From IMG/VR virus record IMGVR_UViG_2863231158_000003: a DNA stretch of 64,000 nt; one strand, written 5' to 3'. This DNA is from a virus (Duplodnaviria > Caudoviricetes). Each line of letters begins with the position of its first letter. The stretch's first letter is position 1. Position numbers and translations under genes: made by a program. The notes under the pieces were generated by a model. The model ran no database searches. It worked only from the letters and a program-made list of their open reading frames with translations, and had not been told where the DNA came from. Positions 36,245 to 45,814 of this stretch are shown one piece after another.

Positions 36245-36928
36245 TCAGGCGGGTACCGAAGTGCGTTCGGCGATGAGGGCGCGGATCGCTTCGGGCTTGC
36301 CTGTGGCGTCGACGTAGCGCTGGCAGAGCTGGCCGTTGGCGACGTGCTGGGGGCTGCCGAGGCCGGACTCCTGCGGGTGCCACAGGTGGGTGATCGTGCC
36401 CTCGTGTGTGCCCGTCGGGCCGAGGAGTGCGTCGGCGCAGATCCTCGCTGCCGCATCCTCGAAGCCCCAGCCGGTGAACCGTTCGTCCATGCCGCCCATG
36501 GCCCACCAGCTGGCTGGTTGGATAATGAGGACGCCGCCGGTGGCCCATCCATGTTCGAGGTCGACCGGGCAGTCCGCTGCCTGTGCGCCCGCGAGGTAAG
36601 CGCGTGTGCCGTCGCGGGTGAGTCCGCGGTACCAGCTGTACGGGAGGTGGAGGCGGCCGTCCGCAGCTGTGGCGATGGCCTCGTGGACGGGCTCGGGCTC
36701 GGCGAGGGTGTCGGCGTCGCACAGCACCACGACGTCGGCGCCAGCGGCTTCGGCTTGGCGGACGCCTTCGTTTCGGCTTCCGGCGCGGGAGAACGGTTCG
36801 TGGCCACTGTCGACATCGAGGTGGATCGCGTCAGGCAGCAGCGCCGCGAGGTGAGCGCGCACGTATTCGTGGTGGGCGTTCCGCTCCGGGGTGCCGGGCC
36901 GCCACGGGATGACGACGCCGACGGTCAT
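36245..36928 (-). CDS. GT-A glycosyltransferase (GT7/GT2-like)
   Basis: VVIPWR...FSRAGSRN.G...DAD...GGMDERFTGWGFED. Confidence 0.85.
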   Translation of the reverse strand: MTVGVVIPWRPGTPERNAHHEYVRAHLAALLPDAIHLDVDSGHEPFSRAGSRNEGVRQAEAAGADVVVLCDADTLAEPEPVHEAIATAADGRLHLPYSWYRGLTRDGTRAYLAGAQAADCPVDLEHGWATGGVLIIQPASWWAMGGMDERFTGWGFEDAAARICADALLGPTGTHEGTITHLWHPQESGLGSPQHVANGQLCQRYVDATGKPEAIRALIAERTSVPA

Positions 36929-37521
36929 GCCTGGTACACCGCCCACGGCCGGTCGACGTCCAGTCGTTCCAGGCCAAGCCGTGTGGTGATGTTGTCCTGC
37001 TGTTCGCGGGACCAGGTGGTGACGCCGATCCATGCGTCGGTCTCGGCGGGCTCGTCGGCGACGGGCCAGTCGAGGACGAGGAGACCACCCTTGCGGACGA
37101 CCGCCCGGAGGCGTTCGACGAGCTGCTCGCCGGTGGCGTGGCTGTGGTGGATGAGTACAGCGAGGCAGTACACGGCGTCGAACTTGCGGCGGCCAACGTG
37201 CTTGCCGAAGTCGGATCCGTCGGACTGGAACGTCGGCAGGTCTGGGGCGTGCTTCTTCAGCGCGGCCAGCATCCGTGGAGCGGCGTCGACGCCGGTGACG
37301 TCGTATCCGAGCGCGCGCAGCGGGACGGCGACACGGCCATCCCCACAGCCGAAGTCCATGACGCGGCTGCCCGCGAGGATGTCACGGGCGAGGAGTTCGG
37401 CCTGCGCTTCGCCGGATGCCCAGTAGGCGCCTTCGCTGATGCCGCGGGTGGGGTGGATGGAGGCGGTGGCGCCGGGCTGGTCCCAGGCGGCGATGACGTC
37501 CTCGGGGTTCACGGCGGTCAC
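36925..37521 (-). CDS. Class I SAM-dependent methyltransferase
   Basis: VMDFGCGDGR...GVD...FDAVY..AVLIH...GG. Confidence 0.9.
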   Translation of the reverse strand: MTAVNPEDVIAAWDQPGATASIHPTRGISEGAYWASGEAQAELLARDILAGSRVMDFGCGDGRVAVPLRALGYDVTGVDAAPRMLAALKKHAPDLPTFQSDGSDFGKHVGRRKFDAVYCLAVLIHHSHATGEQLVERLRAVVRKGGLLVLDWPVADEPAETDAWIGVTTWSREQQDNITTRLGLERLDVDRPWAVYQA

Positions 37522-38777
37522 CCCTTCCTGCCGACGCGGATGGTGGTGACGCCGGGCTGGTCGGGCATGTAGCCGTGCGGGTCGATGACCACGGAGCCGG
37601 GGGCGATGCTGAGGTGGAGAAACGCGTCGTGCCGGGTGCCCACGACGAACACTGCTGGCGTGACCGCGTCGAACCAGGGGCCTTCGGTGTCGACGTGGGG
37701 GTCCCAGTGCTGGGCGTCGACACCGCGCTCGCGAAGCTGGTGTGCGAGGAGGAGGGCAGGGCTGCCGCCAGTGAGGTCGGATCCGGGCTTGTACGCCTTA
37801 CCGAGGATCATGACGTCGAGGCCGGTCTGTTCCGCCCACTGCTGTGCGAGGTCGGCGAGCCAGCCGGTTTGGGCTTCGCGTGCTTGGACCATGTAGCCGA
37901 GGACGTCGGTGGAGAGGTCGAGGCGTTGGGCGAGCCAGGACATGGCGATGATGTCGCGGGGGTGGCAGTGGCCGCCGTCGCCCATGCCTCCGCGCATGTA
38001 CTTGGGCGATACGACTCGGTCTGTGGCCTTAGCTAGGGCGTCGGCCACGTCGTCGCAGTCAGCGCCGGTCTTGTGGCAGATCTCCATCAGCGCGTTCGCT
38101 ACGACAATCTTGGTGGAGATGACGACGTTGTAAGCGACTTTCGTGAGCTCCGCCGACTCCATGCCCATGATCTGAGCGGGCCGGTCATGGACTGTGGCGT
38201 AAATGTCGAGGATCGGCTCGGTGTGCCGGGGGTCGTCTGCGCCGAGGAGTACGAACTCGGGGTGGAGGTAGTCGGCGATCGTCGTGCCCATGGCGATGAA
38301 GGCGGGGTTGTAGACGAGGGTCGTCCACTTGTTGAGGAGCGGTCGGATCAGCCGGTTCATGGTGCCGGGAAGGCAGGTGGAGATGACCGCGATGGTGATC
38401 GGTTTCTCCTGCAGTGCGGCGGAGCGGCAGAGGTCGCGGATGGCCTGGACGAGGTACTGGTACTCGAAGTCGTTGGGCTCGTCGGGCATGGTCTGTTCGC
38501 CGCCGTAGGCGGGGCTGTGGGGCGTCTGCACGGCGACGAATACGACACTGTCGGTGCTGGCCACGACAGCCGACGCGGAGGAGGCCAGGGTGAGGGAGGC
38601 CCCGGCCAGTAGCGCCTCGATGCCTTCTTCCTGCGGTGGCGGGGCTGCTCCGTGAAGGATGTCGGCGGGTCGTGGTGACGGGTCGTAGCCGGTCACGGTG
38701 TGCCCGCCATGTTTGGCGAGGGTCAAGGCGCAGACGATGCCGAGTTTCCCGAGGCCGATCCAGCCGATGCGTGCCAT
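37518..38777 (-). CDS. UDP-glucose/GDP-mannose dehydrogenase family protein
   Basis: GLGKLG, AVQTP, ST..PGT, AELTK, GDGGHCHPRD, AYKPG. Confidence 0.9.
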   Translation of the reverse strand: MARIGWIGLGKLGIVCALTLAKHGGHTVTGYDPSPRPADILHGAAPPPQEEGIEALLAGASLTLASSASAVVASTDSVVFVAVQTPHSPAYGGEQTMPDEPNDFEYQYLVQAIRDLCRSAALQEKPITIAVISTCLPGTMNRLIRPLLNKWTTLVYNPAFIAMGTTIADYLHPEFVLLGADDPRHTEPILDIYATVHDRPAQIMGMESAELTKVAYNVVISTKIVVANALMEICHKTGADCDDVADALAKATDRVVSPKYMRGGMGDGGHCHPRDIIAMSWLAQRLDLSTDVLGYMVQAREAQTGWLADLAQQWAEQTGLDVMILGKAYKPGSDLTGGSPALLLAHQLRERGVDAQHWDPHVDTEGPWFDAVTPAVFVVGTRHDAFLHLSIAPGSVVIDPHGYMPDQPGVTTIRVGRKG

Positions 38778-38824
38778 GCGCAGGGTTACCTTCCGGGGCG
38801 CGGGTCCGGGCGCGTGCCCGGCCG

Positions 38825-39472
38825 TCAGGCGATGTTGAGTAGGGTTTTCAGAGTTGCGACGTCAGCGGCGCGGGCGGTTTCCATGGCGGCGCTTCCGTAG
38901 TCGGTGGTGCGGTAGCCGGCGAGGGACTCGGCGCGGGTCTGGTCGTTGTGGCCGCCGGTGAGGTCGTCGCGGTCGTGGAGGATGTGCACGTCAACGCGCT
39001 GGTGCAGGCCGAGGGTCTGGCCGAGGTATTGGATCCACGAGTCGCAGTGCGGCGAAAGGCTGACGTGGCCGAGGTGGTCGGTCCAGGCGCGTGGCCAGAT
39101 CGGGAAAGTGTTGCAGGTCGGGATGTCGTTGCTGTACGGCCACAGCACCGAGGGCGGCTGCTTGTGGACTGCCGTGTCCCAGCCGTCGTTGAGCATGCGG
39201 GCGTCGTCGTTCCACAGCATCAGCCAGTCCCCGCTTGCCTTGGCGGCGAGCTGGTTGACGTACTCGTGGAGGCGTGAGTATCCGTACCGTTCGGGGGCTG
39301 TCCAGGGGATCGCCTGCCAGGGCAGATTGATCTCATAGGTGTCCGGGTCGTCCGGGTCGGCGCCGGTGAGGATCTCGATGCAGCCGGGCCTGTCGGCGTG
39401 GTCGAGAAGGCTGTCGATGGAGTCGCTGAGGCTCTGGGGTCTCCCTCGCGAGGGCAGGAGCACGGAGATCAA
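38825..39472 (-). CDS. GT2-like glycosyltransferase
   Basis: ISVLLPSRGR...DPDD...LWNDD...HCDSW. Confidence 0.8.
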   Translation of the reverse strand: MISVLLPSRGRPQSLSDSIDSLLDHADRPGCIEILTGADPDDPDTYEINLPWQAIPWTAPERYGYSRLHEYVNQLAAKASGDWLMLWNDDARMLNDGWDTAVHKQPPSVLWPYSNDIPTCNTFPIWPRAWTDHLGHVSLSPHCDSWIQYLGQTLGLHQRVDVHILHDRDDLTGGHNDQTRAESLAGYRTTDYGSAAMETARAADVATLKTLLNIA

Positions 39473-39487
39473 CGGCGCGGGCCCCTC

Positions 39488-39781
39488 TCAGTAGATGGTG
39501 AGGGTGCCGGTGCGGTGGATGGGGGTTTCGGTGCCGCCCGCGAATTTGATCCACACGCGGTAGTCGCCTTCGGTGAGGGTGGTTTCGCCGCCTTCGGGTC
39601 CGATGAGGATGCGGGCGTGGGGTGCGAGCCATTCGCCGGTGTGCCAGTCGCCGGTGTCGGGGGTGGTGCCGTCGGCGAGGAATGCGAACTCGGGTGGGGC
39701 GCCGAGGTTGAGGCTGGCGCCGCCTGCCTTGGCCACGACGGTGATCTTCACGTATTCGGTGGAGAGGGCGGCTAGATCCAC
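39488..39781 (-). CDS. Small beta-sandwich protein, module B cap (paralog of 41032..41319)
   Basis: STEY...W.TG.W...LIGP...GDYRVW. Confidence 0.75.
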   Translation of the reverse strand: MDLAALSTEYVKITVVAKAGGASLNLGAPPEFAFLADGTTPDTGDWHTGEWLAPHARILIGPEGGETTLTEGDYRVWIKFAGGTETPIHRTGTLTIY

Positions 39782-40614
39782 GGGCCGGTCACCGTCCATC
39801 CGCTGTGGGGCTCGCTGATGTGGGTGGTGAGGTCGTCGCGGACGGCTGCGTCGGTCTGGGCGCCGAGCCGGGAGCTGGCGGACAGGCTGGCCGTAAGGAC
39901 GGCGGCTTGGGTGGCGGACGCGTCGAGGCTGCCGCTGGCGTCGAGGGAGGCGCCGAGGACCGCGGAGGGGGTGAGAGCGGCGGTCTGGGCGCCGTCGGCG
40001 GTGAGGCTGGCGGACATCAGGTAGACCGCTGCACTGCTGGCCGCGGTGTTGAAGTTGTCGAACTCGCTGAAGTTCGTGCTGCCGTTGTTGCGGTAGGAGA
40101 GGAGTTCCACCGCGAGGGCGTTGGTGCCGCTGGTCACCCAGGCGGGGGTGGCTAGGGTCCGGCGGTTGGTCCAGGAGGAGCCGTCCGTCGAGGTGTCCCA
40201 CAGGACGTTTCCACCGGTTTCGCGGATACGGAGCCAGGCGTGCGTCGACGAGTTGTAGGTGAGGGAGACCGCGGAGCCGTCGGTGTAGCCCACGTTGGAC
40301 TCGAACCTGATGGTGCCCGCGACAGTGTTGATGTTGATGGAGAGGTAGGTTCCGGCGGTCGCCTGAATGATCTGGAACGCTGTCTGCGCCTCCGTCGAAG
40401 CGCCGTTCGCGGCAGCGGCCACGGGCAGCTGCACGTAGGCACTACTGCCTGCCAACGTCCAGTCCTTGGCGGTCTGGTAGCCGGAGTACTGGCCTGCCAC
40501 GCACGGCAACCTGGCCCGGCCACCGGTCTCAGTCGCGCCACCGTAGGAGTTGCCCCACTCCGGGCCGATCACGTTGTCGTTGAACGTGTCGACGAGGGTG
40601 CCGATCAAGGCCAT
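39772..40614 (-). CDS. Lectin-like domain plus three 20-aa repeats, module B scaffold
   Basis: WLRIRE.GG...W.TS.DG..WT domain; SAVLGASLDASGSLDASATQ-type repeats. Confidence 0.7.
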   Translation of the reverse strand: MALIGTLVDTFNDNVIGPEWGNSYGGATETGGRARLPCVAGQYSGYQTAKDWTLAGSSAYVQLPVAAAANGASTEAQTAFQIIQATAGTYLSININTVAGTIRFESNVGYTDGSAVSLTYNSSTHAWLRIRETGGNVLWDTSTDGSSWTNRRTLATPAWVTSGTNALAVELLSYRNNGSTNFSEFDNFNTAASSAAVYLMSASLTADGAQTAALTPSAVLGASLDASGSLDASATQAAVLTASLSASSRLGAQTDAAVRDDLTTHISEPHSGWTVTGPWI

Positions 40615-40626
40615 CGCTGCCCCCGA

Positions 40627-41010
40627 TCACGCCTGCGCGAAGGCCAAAGCGCCTGCAGGGAAGCGGCATTCGTCGCCGGAAGCGAGAGTCCTGGAGGTAG
40701 CTAGAGGCCCCCACCACCAGCGGATTGGGGTGCCTGCCGAGTCCCAGATCTCGACACCGACGATCGTCCCGGCAGGCATGCCAGTCCAGACGATATCCGC
40801 CGAGTTGGAGGTAGCCCCGGAGGATGCTGCTCCGACGGTGAGGTTCTTGCGGACATAGGATCCGCCGGTCACCTCAGTGCCAGCGGCCGAGTCGGATCCG
40901 TTGGCGGTGACGAGGGCGACCTTCAGCGGCAGCGTGGGCGCAGTGGTGGCCGTGCCCATGAGCCAGTCCAGAGCACGGTTCTCCGCCGTGTTCGAAAGAT
41001 TGTCAGCGAT
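40627..41010 (-). CDS. Small structural fibre-type subunit, module B; likely ATC start
   Basis: (I)ADNLSNTAENRALDWL...VAL.T......GTEVTGGSY.R; AGGAGG upstream of ATC41010. Confidence 0.7.
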   Translation of the reverse strand: MADNLSNTAENRALDWLMGTATTAPTLPLKVALVTANGSDSAAGTEVTGGSYVRKNLTVGAASSGATSNSADIVWTGMPAGTIVGVEIWDSAGTPIRWWWGPLATSRTLASGDECRFPAGALAFAQA

Positions 41011-41031
41011 GGCTACTGCCCTCCTTCCTGG

Positions 41032-41319
41032 TCAGGTGACGCCGAGGTGTCCGGACATGCGGGTGATGTTTTCGGCGCCGGGCGGGTCGACGGACACCCA
41101 CACGCGGTAGTCGCCGCGGGTGAGGACGAGCGTGCTGCCGGGGCCGATGAGGAGCGTGGCCTCGCCGTCGTCCCAGACCCCGGTCTTCCACTCGCTGGTC
41201 GCGGGGTTGTCCCGATGCGCGACGACGGCGATGCGTACCGGGGCTCCGGTCAGGTCGACGCCCTCGGGTGCGGTGACCGGGACGTGCAGGTACTCGGTGG
41301 AGGAGGCGGGGATCAGCAC
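41032..41319 (-). CDS. Small beta-sandwich protein, module A cap
   Basis: STEY...WKTGVW...LIGP...GDYRVW. Confidence 0.75.
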   Translation of the reverse strand: MLIPASSTEYLHVPVTAPEGVDLTGAPVRIAVVAHRDNPATSEWKTGVWDDGEATLLIGPGSTLVLTRGDYRVWVSVDPPGAENITRMSGHLGVT

Positions 41320-44300
41320 GGGGCGCCCACCTCCCAGTCCGCGGCCTCGGGTACTCCCGCCGTGTAGGGCCGGGCTGTCGGCGTACTGGCGGCCCACCGG
41401 CTGTACGGCAGGCCGATGGTGATGTCGACGTCGGTGACGGGGCTGGTCGGCGTCAGGGCCTGCGCCACGTCTATCTCAGTGGCGGTGCCGAGGGTGCGTT
41501 GCCGGATGTGTCCGAGCGGAATGGCCTCGGCGGATTCTGCGGCGACGCCCAGGAGCAGTTGCTTGAGGCGCGCGACGGTGAAGGCCGTCTCGGTTTCGAG
41601 CGCTGCGGTGAGACGTCCGGCCGCGGGCAGGGCACGTGCACTGTCGACTTCGCCCGCGACCCCGAGCTGCCGCGCCTTGCTGTGACCGGGAGACCAAGCT
41701 TCGGCGTTCTCGATCGCGGCCTGCAGCATCAGGGCCTTGAGGCGTCCGAGGCTCCGCGTGGTCTCGGTCTCCGCTGCCACGGAGGCGTGACCGGGTATCG
41801 CCAACTGCTGCGCCCGGTCGGTTTCGGCAGCCGTGCCGAGGGGGGCCGTCTTGCGGGCCGACAGCGGCATTGCCCTCACAGTTGAGACGGCAATGCCGGT
41901 CTGCTTGGCCTTGGCCGTGACAACGGTCCGTGCGTCCTCTGCGGCGGCTGCAGCGGTCACCGCCTGGATCTTGCGGGCGTTCAGGATCCCCGCGGTTTGC
42001 TGGCTCTCCGCGGCGACGGTCCAGGCGGTCTTGCAACCACCGACCGACTCCGCGCTGTCGACCTCGCCGGCCGTGGGCAGCGCCACCTGCTTGGCTCGTC
42101 CCAGCGGTATGGCACTGTCTGATTCGCCTGCGCTGTCGAGGCGGCCGGGCTGCGCGAGTTGCTGCGCTTGGTCGATCTCGTCGGCGAGGTCGAGGGGAGC
42201 CGCCTTGCGGGCCGTGACAGGCTGTACCGTCTCGGCGGACTCTGCAGCCCCCATGGCCTGCGTCTTGGCCGCTGTGAGGGGGTGTGCCGCCTCCTGGGTG
42301 GCCGCCGGGGCCATGACCTGGATCTTGGCCGCCTGGAGGCCTTGTGCGGTCTCCAGGGCGGTGGTGGGCGAGAGTGGGCGGCTGCGCCCCGCCGCATTGG
42401 CCGCCGTATTCTCTGCCGCGGTCCCGAGCGCCCGCGTCCTGGTGCGCCCGATGGTTTGGGCCGTGACAGTCTCAGCGCCCGGGTCGAGCGGACGGGTCTT
42501 CGCCCAGGTGAGAGCCTGCGGCGTGTCGATCTCCTGGGAGGTGTCCAGGAGTTGGGCCTTCGCTTGCCCAAGGGCCTGCGCTGTCTCCCTAGTCGAGGCC
42601 GGCGCGACGAGGTGGGCCTTGATCCCCGCGACTGCGCGGGCCGTGTCGGTCTCACCGGCTGCTGTGAGGGATCCTGCCAATGCCAGCGGAAGGGCCTGTG
42701 CCGTCTCCGCAGCCACGGCCAACGGGAGCGTCCTGCGGGCGCCCAGTGGCTGGGCGGCTTCGTCGACAGATGCAGTGTCGAGCCGCAGCTGCTTGGTCGC
42801 CTGGAGGTCCTGGGCCGCCTCGTCGGCCCCTCCTGCGGCCAGGGCGCGGGCTTCCCCTGCGGTGAGCGAGGCGGCCGTCTCCGTGGCACTGGCCGGCCCG
42901 AGCAGCGCGGTCTTGGCCGCGCCCACCAGCCGTGCCGTGCCGGATTCATCGACGGGTGGGAGCAGGACGTTGCGGGCTCCACCCAGTGGCTGCGCCGTCT
43001 CCGCGGCCGATGCGCTCTCCAGCGCACGGGCCTTGATGTGGGCGAGCGGCCCGCCTTCCTCGGCGTCGACCGCTCCGGCGAGGGTCAACGCCTTGGCGGC
43101 GGTCAGAGGCTGCGCTGTCTCCGTGCCCTGTGCAGGAGGTGGCGTCGTGCGCTTGGCCGCGCTGGCGGGCCGGGCCGTTGCTTCCTCGGCGACTGCGCCG
43201 AGGGTGCGGCTGCGGATCTGTCCCACTGTCTGCGCGGCGTCCTGGACTGTGGCGGCCAGCAGCGGTGTCGTCTTGCCGGCACCCGGCGATACGGCCGCCT
43301 CGACAGAGGCGGCTGCCGCGGGTGCTATCGACTTGACCCGCCCGACGCCGTGCGCATCCTCGATGCTCGTCGCGGCGGCGAGCTGCTGGCGCTTGGCAGG
43401 ACCGAGGGCCTGAGCGACATCGGATGCCGTGGCGGTGGATAGGGCGGCGGTTTTCGCCGACGTGAGGGCCCCGGCGCTGTCGGTGGTTTCGGTGGTGCCG
43501 AGGGTACGCTGCTTGCCTCTGCCGACCAGCTGAACCGCGGCATCAGCGGTGGCAGCACCAAGGGGTGCCGTCTTGCGGCGGCCGACTGGCTGTGAGGCAC
43601 TGGTCTCGGCGGCCGCTGTGAGGGCCTGTGTCTTGCCCCGCCCGAGGGCTTGGGCGCTGCCGGTTTCGTCCGCGGCCGTGGGTACAACGGCCTTGGCTCG
43701 CCCGAGGGCCTGCGCCGTGCCGGTCTCGCTGCCGGCGACCAGCGGCGTAGCGGGTGCGGCCAGGGAGCGGGCTGTGTCCGTTTCTGTGACGGCCGCGAGC
43801 GCCGCCGACTTGGCCTGCCCAAGCACTGGACCGGTACAGGTTTCGAGGGCGGGGGCGAGGACGACGGTCTTGCGGCGGCCGAGGGGCTGCGCCGTGCCGG
43901 TCTCGGATCCGGGTGCCGCCGCCCGTGTCTTGGCTTTGGTGAGGGTTTGGGCGGTGGCGGTTTCGGAGGCGATTCCGGCTGTGGCGGTGAGGCCGCCGGG
44001 GCGGAGGGCGATGAGGATGGCCCTGCCGTCGCCGCCGACCGGCATGGTGGTGTCCCAGGTCTGGGATCCGTCCGTCGTGACGATCTTGTATTGGGTGGCG
44101 GCCTGGATGTTGGAGGAGCCGCTGCCGCCGGTGGTGCCAGCGTTGAGCATCGTCGACCAGGACCCGCTGGTGGTGTCCGAGTCGCCGGTGATGTTGTTGG
44201 AGCCGCCGACGGTGCCCTCGAAGCCGTCGACGCCGATCACCAGGTCCCCGGCGACCGGGTTGGCGTTGGTGAGGCTGACGTTGACGTTTCCGGAGACGAT

Positions 44301-45311
44301 CGTGGCGGTGGTGGCCGAGCCCCGCAGCGTCGAGGACCCGCCGGTGAACCGGTACACGGTGAGGTTCTTCGCCGCCGCGCTCGAGGACGGCGCGAAACTG
44401 ACCGTTGTACCGGACATCGGGTTCGTGACCGTGCAGTAGAAGATCGCCACAGCGACGGAGCCGGCGCTGGTCTGCGACTGGTTCGCCGCGATCCTCGTCC
44501 AGGTGTTGCCAGCGGCGTCGGAGACTGCGCTGGTGCCGATCGCGTCGGCGCCGCTGATGTCGTCACTGACGCAGGCGGCGATCAGGCAGTCGCCGACGGA
44601 CGCCGTGACGGACGCCGCCGCCGCGGTGCCGCCGGTCTTGTTGCCGGTGCCGAGAGTGCTGGACACATACGACCAGCCGGCCGGGTTCGCGCTCGCGTCC
44701 GGCTTCAACGCGATCGTGTAGTGATTGCAGTTGGTGAGCGTCTGCGTCGCCGTCGTGCTCAGCCCAGTGACGCTGCCCGCGCTCTTGGGCGCCAAGCTGA
44801 GGTAGCCGGCCTGGCCGTTGCCGCTCGCGCCCTGGTCGTCGATTTCCGTCACGGATGTGTCGGTTGTCGAGCAGGTGGGGTTCGTCCCCCCGGAGGAGCG
44901 GGACTGGCGCAGGTAGAGGATCGGGCAGCCGGACGCTGTCGTGGTGATCGGCGGGCCGGTCACCGTCGCCGCGGTCGTCGACGCGCTGATCGCGTGGGCG
45001 TCGATGGGGCTGGTGTTGTCCACCCTGCGGAAGCTGTAGATCGAGACGATCATCAGCGAGAGGACGGTCTGCGTCCAGGAGTAGGACGCGGGCTCGCTGG
45101 AGGCCACCCGGTACCAGGCTCGGCCCTGCCAGCCGGTGGCGTTGGAGTCGATCTGCGTCCAGCCTGCCGGTGGGCTGAAGGTGCCGGAGGCGCCCGTGGT
45201 CCCGTGGGCGATCATGACGTCGCCGTCCACGGTGCCCGCCGGCACGTTCACGGACAGGCTCGTGCCCGTGGCCGCGTTGACGGCTTTGTTGACGTAGAGA
45301 GGCTGGCCCAC
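41313..45311 (-). CDS. 1332-aa protein: two N-terminal beta domains plus about 43 20-aa repeats, module A scaffold
   Basis: Repeats such as APGSETGTAQPLGRRKTVVL; Ser/Thr/Ala rich. Confidence 0.85.
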   Translation of the reverse strand: MGQPLYVNKAVNAATGTSLSVNVPAGTVDGDVMIAHGTTGASGTFSPPAGWTQIDSNATGWQGRAWYRVASSEPASYSWTQTVLSLMIVSIYSFRRVDNTSPIDAHAISASTTAATVTGPPITTTASGCPILYLRQSRSSGGTNPTCSTTDTSVTEIDDQGASGNGQAGYLSLAPKSAGSVTGLSTTATQTLTNCNHYTIALKPDASANPAGWSYVSSTLGTGNKTGGTAAAASVTASVGDCLIAACVSDDISGADAIGTSAVSDAAGNTWTRIAANQSQTSAGSVAVAIFYCTVTNPMSGTTVSFAPSSSAAAKNLTVYRFTGGSSTLRGSATTATIVSGNVNVSLTNANPVAGDLVIGVDGFEGTVGGSNNITGDSDTTSGSWSTMLNAGTTGGSGSSNIQAATQYKIVTTDGSQTWDTTMPVGGDGRAILIALRPGGLTATAGIASETATAQTLTKAKTRAAAPGSETGTAQPLGRRKTVVLAPALETCTGPVLGQAKSAALAAVTETDTARSLAAPATPLVAGSETGTAQALGRAKAVVPTAADETGSAQALGRGKTQALTAAAETSASQPVGRRKTAPLGAATADAAVQLVGRGKQRTLGTTETTDSAGALTSAKTAALSTATASDVAQALGPAKRQQLAAATSIEDAHGVGRVKSIAPAAAASVEAAVSPGAGKTTPLLAATVQDAAQTVGQIRSRTLGAVAEEATARPASAAKRTTPPPAQGTETAQPLTAAKALTLAGAVDAEEGGPLAHIKARALESASAAETAQPLGGARNVLLPPVDESGTARLVGAAKTALLGPASATETAASLTAGEARALAAGGADEAAQDLQATKQLRLDTASVDEAAQPLGARRTLPLAVAAETAQALPLALAGSLTAAGETDTARAVAGIKAHLVAPASTRETAQALGQAKAQLLDTSQEIDTPQALTWAKTRPLDPGAETVTAQTIGRTRTRALGTAAENTAANAAGRSRPLSPTTALETAQGLQAAKIQVMAPAATQEAAHPLTAAKTQAMGAAESAETVQPVTARKAAPLDLADEIDQAQQLAQPGRLDSAGESDSAIPLGRAKQVALPTAGEVDSAESVGGCKTAWTVAAESQQTAGILNARKIQAVTAAAAAEDARTVVTAKAKQTGIAVSTVRAMPLSARKTAPLGTAAETDRAQQLAIPGHASVAAETETTRSLGRLKALMLQAAIENAEAWSPGHSKARQLGVAGEVDSARALPAAGRLTAALETETAFTVARLKQLLLGVAAESAEAIPLGHIRQRTLGTATEIDVAQALTPTSPVTDVDITIGLPYSRWAASTPTARPYTAGVPEAADWEVGAPC
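41440..43980 (-). repeat. About 43 degenerate 60-bp coding repeats
   Basis: Period 20 aa (some 18-19), consensus xxAxETxxAxxLxxxKxxxL; counted by eye. Confidence 0.8.
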
Positions 45312-45344
45312 GATCGCCCCCTACCGGGAATCCGGCGGCCAGGG

Positions 45345-45794
45345 TCAGGCGGCGGATGTGGCGCGGAAGAAGTCGGAAATGGTTGCTGAGACGTCCGAGC
45401 CGTCGGGGGTGATCGAGAAGTCGTGCAGCGTCAGTGGCACGATGGTCGAGTCGGTGCCCGATGTGGTGTCGGCGTCGTAGCAGATCAGGAGCTTGGAGAT
45501 CGCGTTGCCGGTGGCTGCGGTCCAGGTCTGGTCTGCGATGTCGAGGGCGAGGCGGTCGTTGGTGTCGTCGACGGTGACGGTGCACGCGGTGACGGTCTTG
45601 CGGCCCATGGTGGTCTGCTCGTTGGTGGTGCCGGAGAGTACGGCGGCGAGGTCGTCCTTGTCGCGCAGCACGGAGTCGGCTTCGAGGCCGGAGGTTTCGA
45701 GGGGCACGATGATGAGGGCAGCGTTGCCGGTGCCGACCTGCTCTGCATATCGCTTCAGGTAGCCGAGGGCCGTGTTGAAGACGATGTTCGCCAT
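45345..45794 (-). CDS. Small structural fibre-type subunit, module A
   Basis: MANIVFN...VDDTNDR..LD.ADQTW...PLT.HDF..TPDGSD. Confidence 0.75.
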   Translation of the reverse strand: MANIVFNTALGYLKRYAEQVGTGNAALIIVPLETSGLEADSVLRDKDDLAAVLSGTTNEQTTMGRKTVTACTVTVDDTNDRLALDIADQTWTAATGNAISKLLICYDADTTSGTDSTIVPLTLHDFSITPDGSDVSATISDFFRATSAA

Positions 45795-45814
45795 GTTGAT
45801 CTTCCTTCCGGGCC

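Noticed and set aside
36925-37521. Methyltransferase as a DNA methylase of a restriction system
   Set aside because: No DPPY/NPPY or PC motif; embedded among sugar-pathway genes
42843-42851. Intragenic GGCGCGGGC copies (also 34832)
   Set aside because: Chance occurrences are expected in GC-rich coding DNA; only start-proximal copies were counted
41440-43980. 60-bp periodicity as a CRISPR array or DGR repeat
   Set aside because: Repeats are degenerate and protein-level; no identical DNA repeats, cas genes or reverse transcriptase
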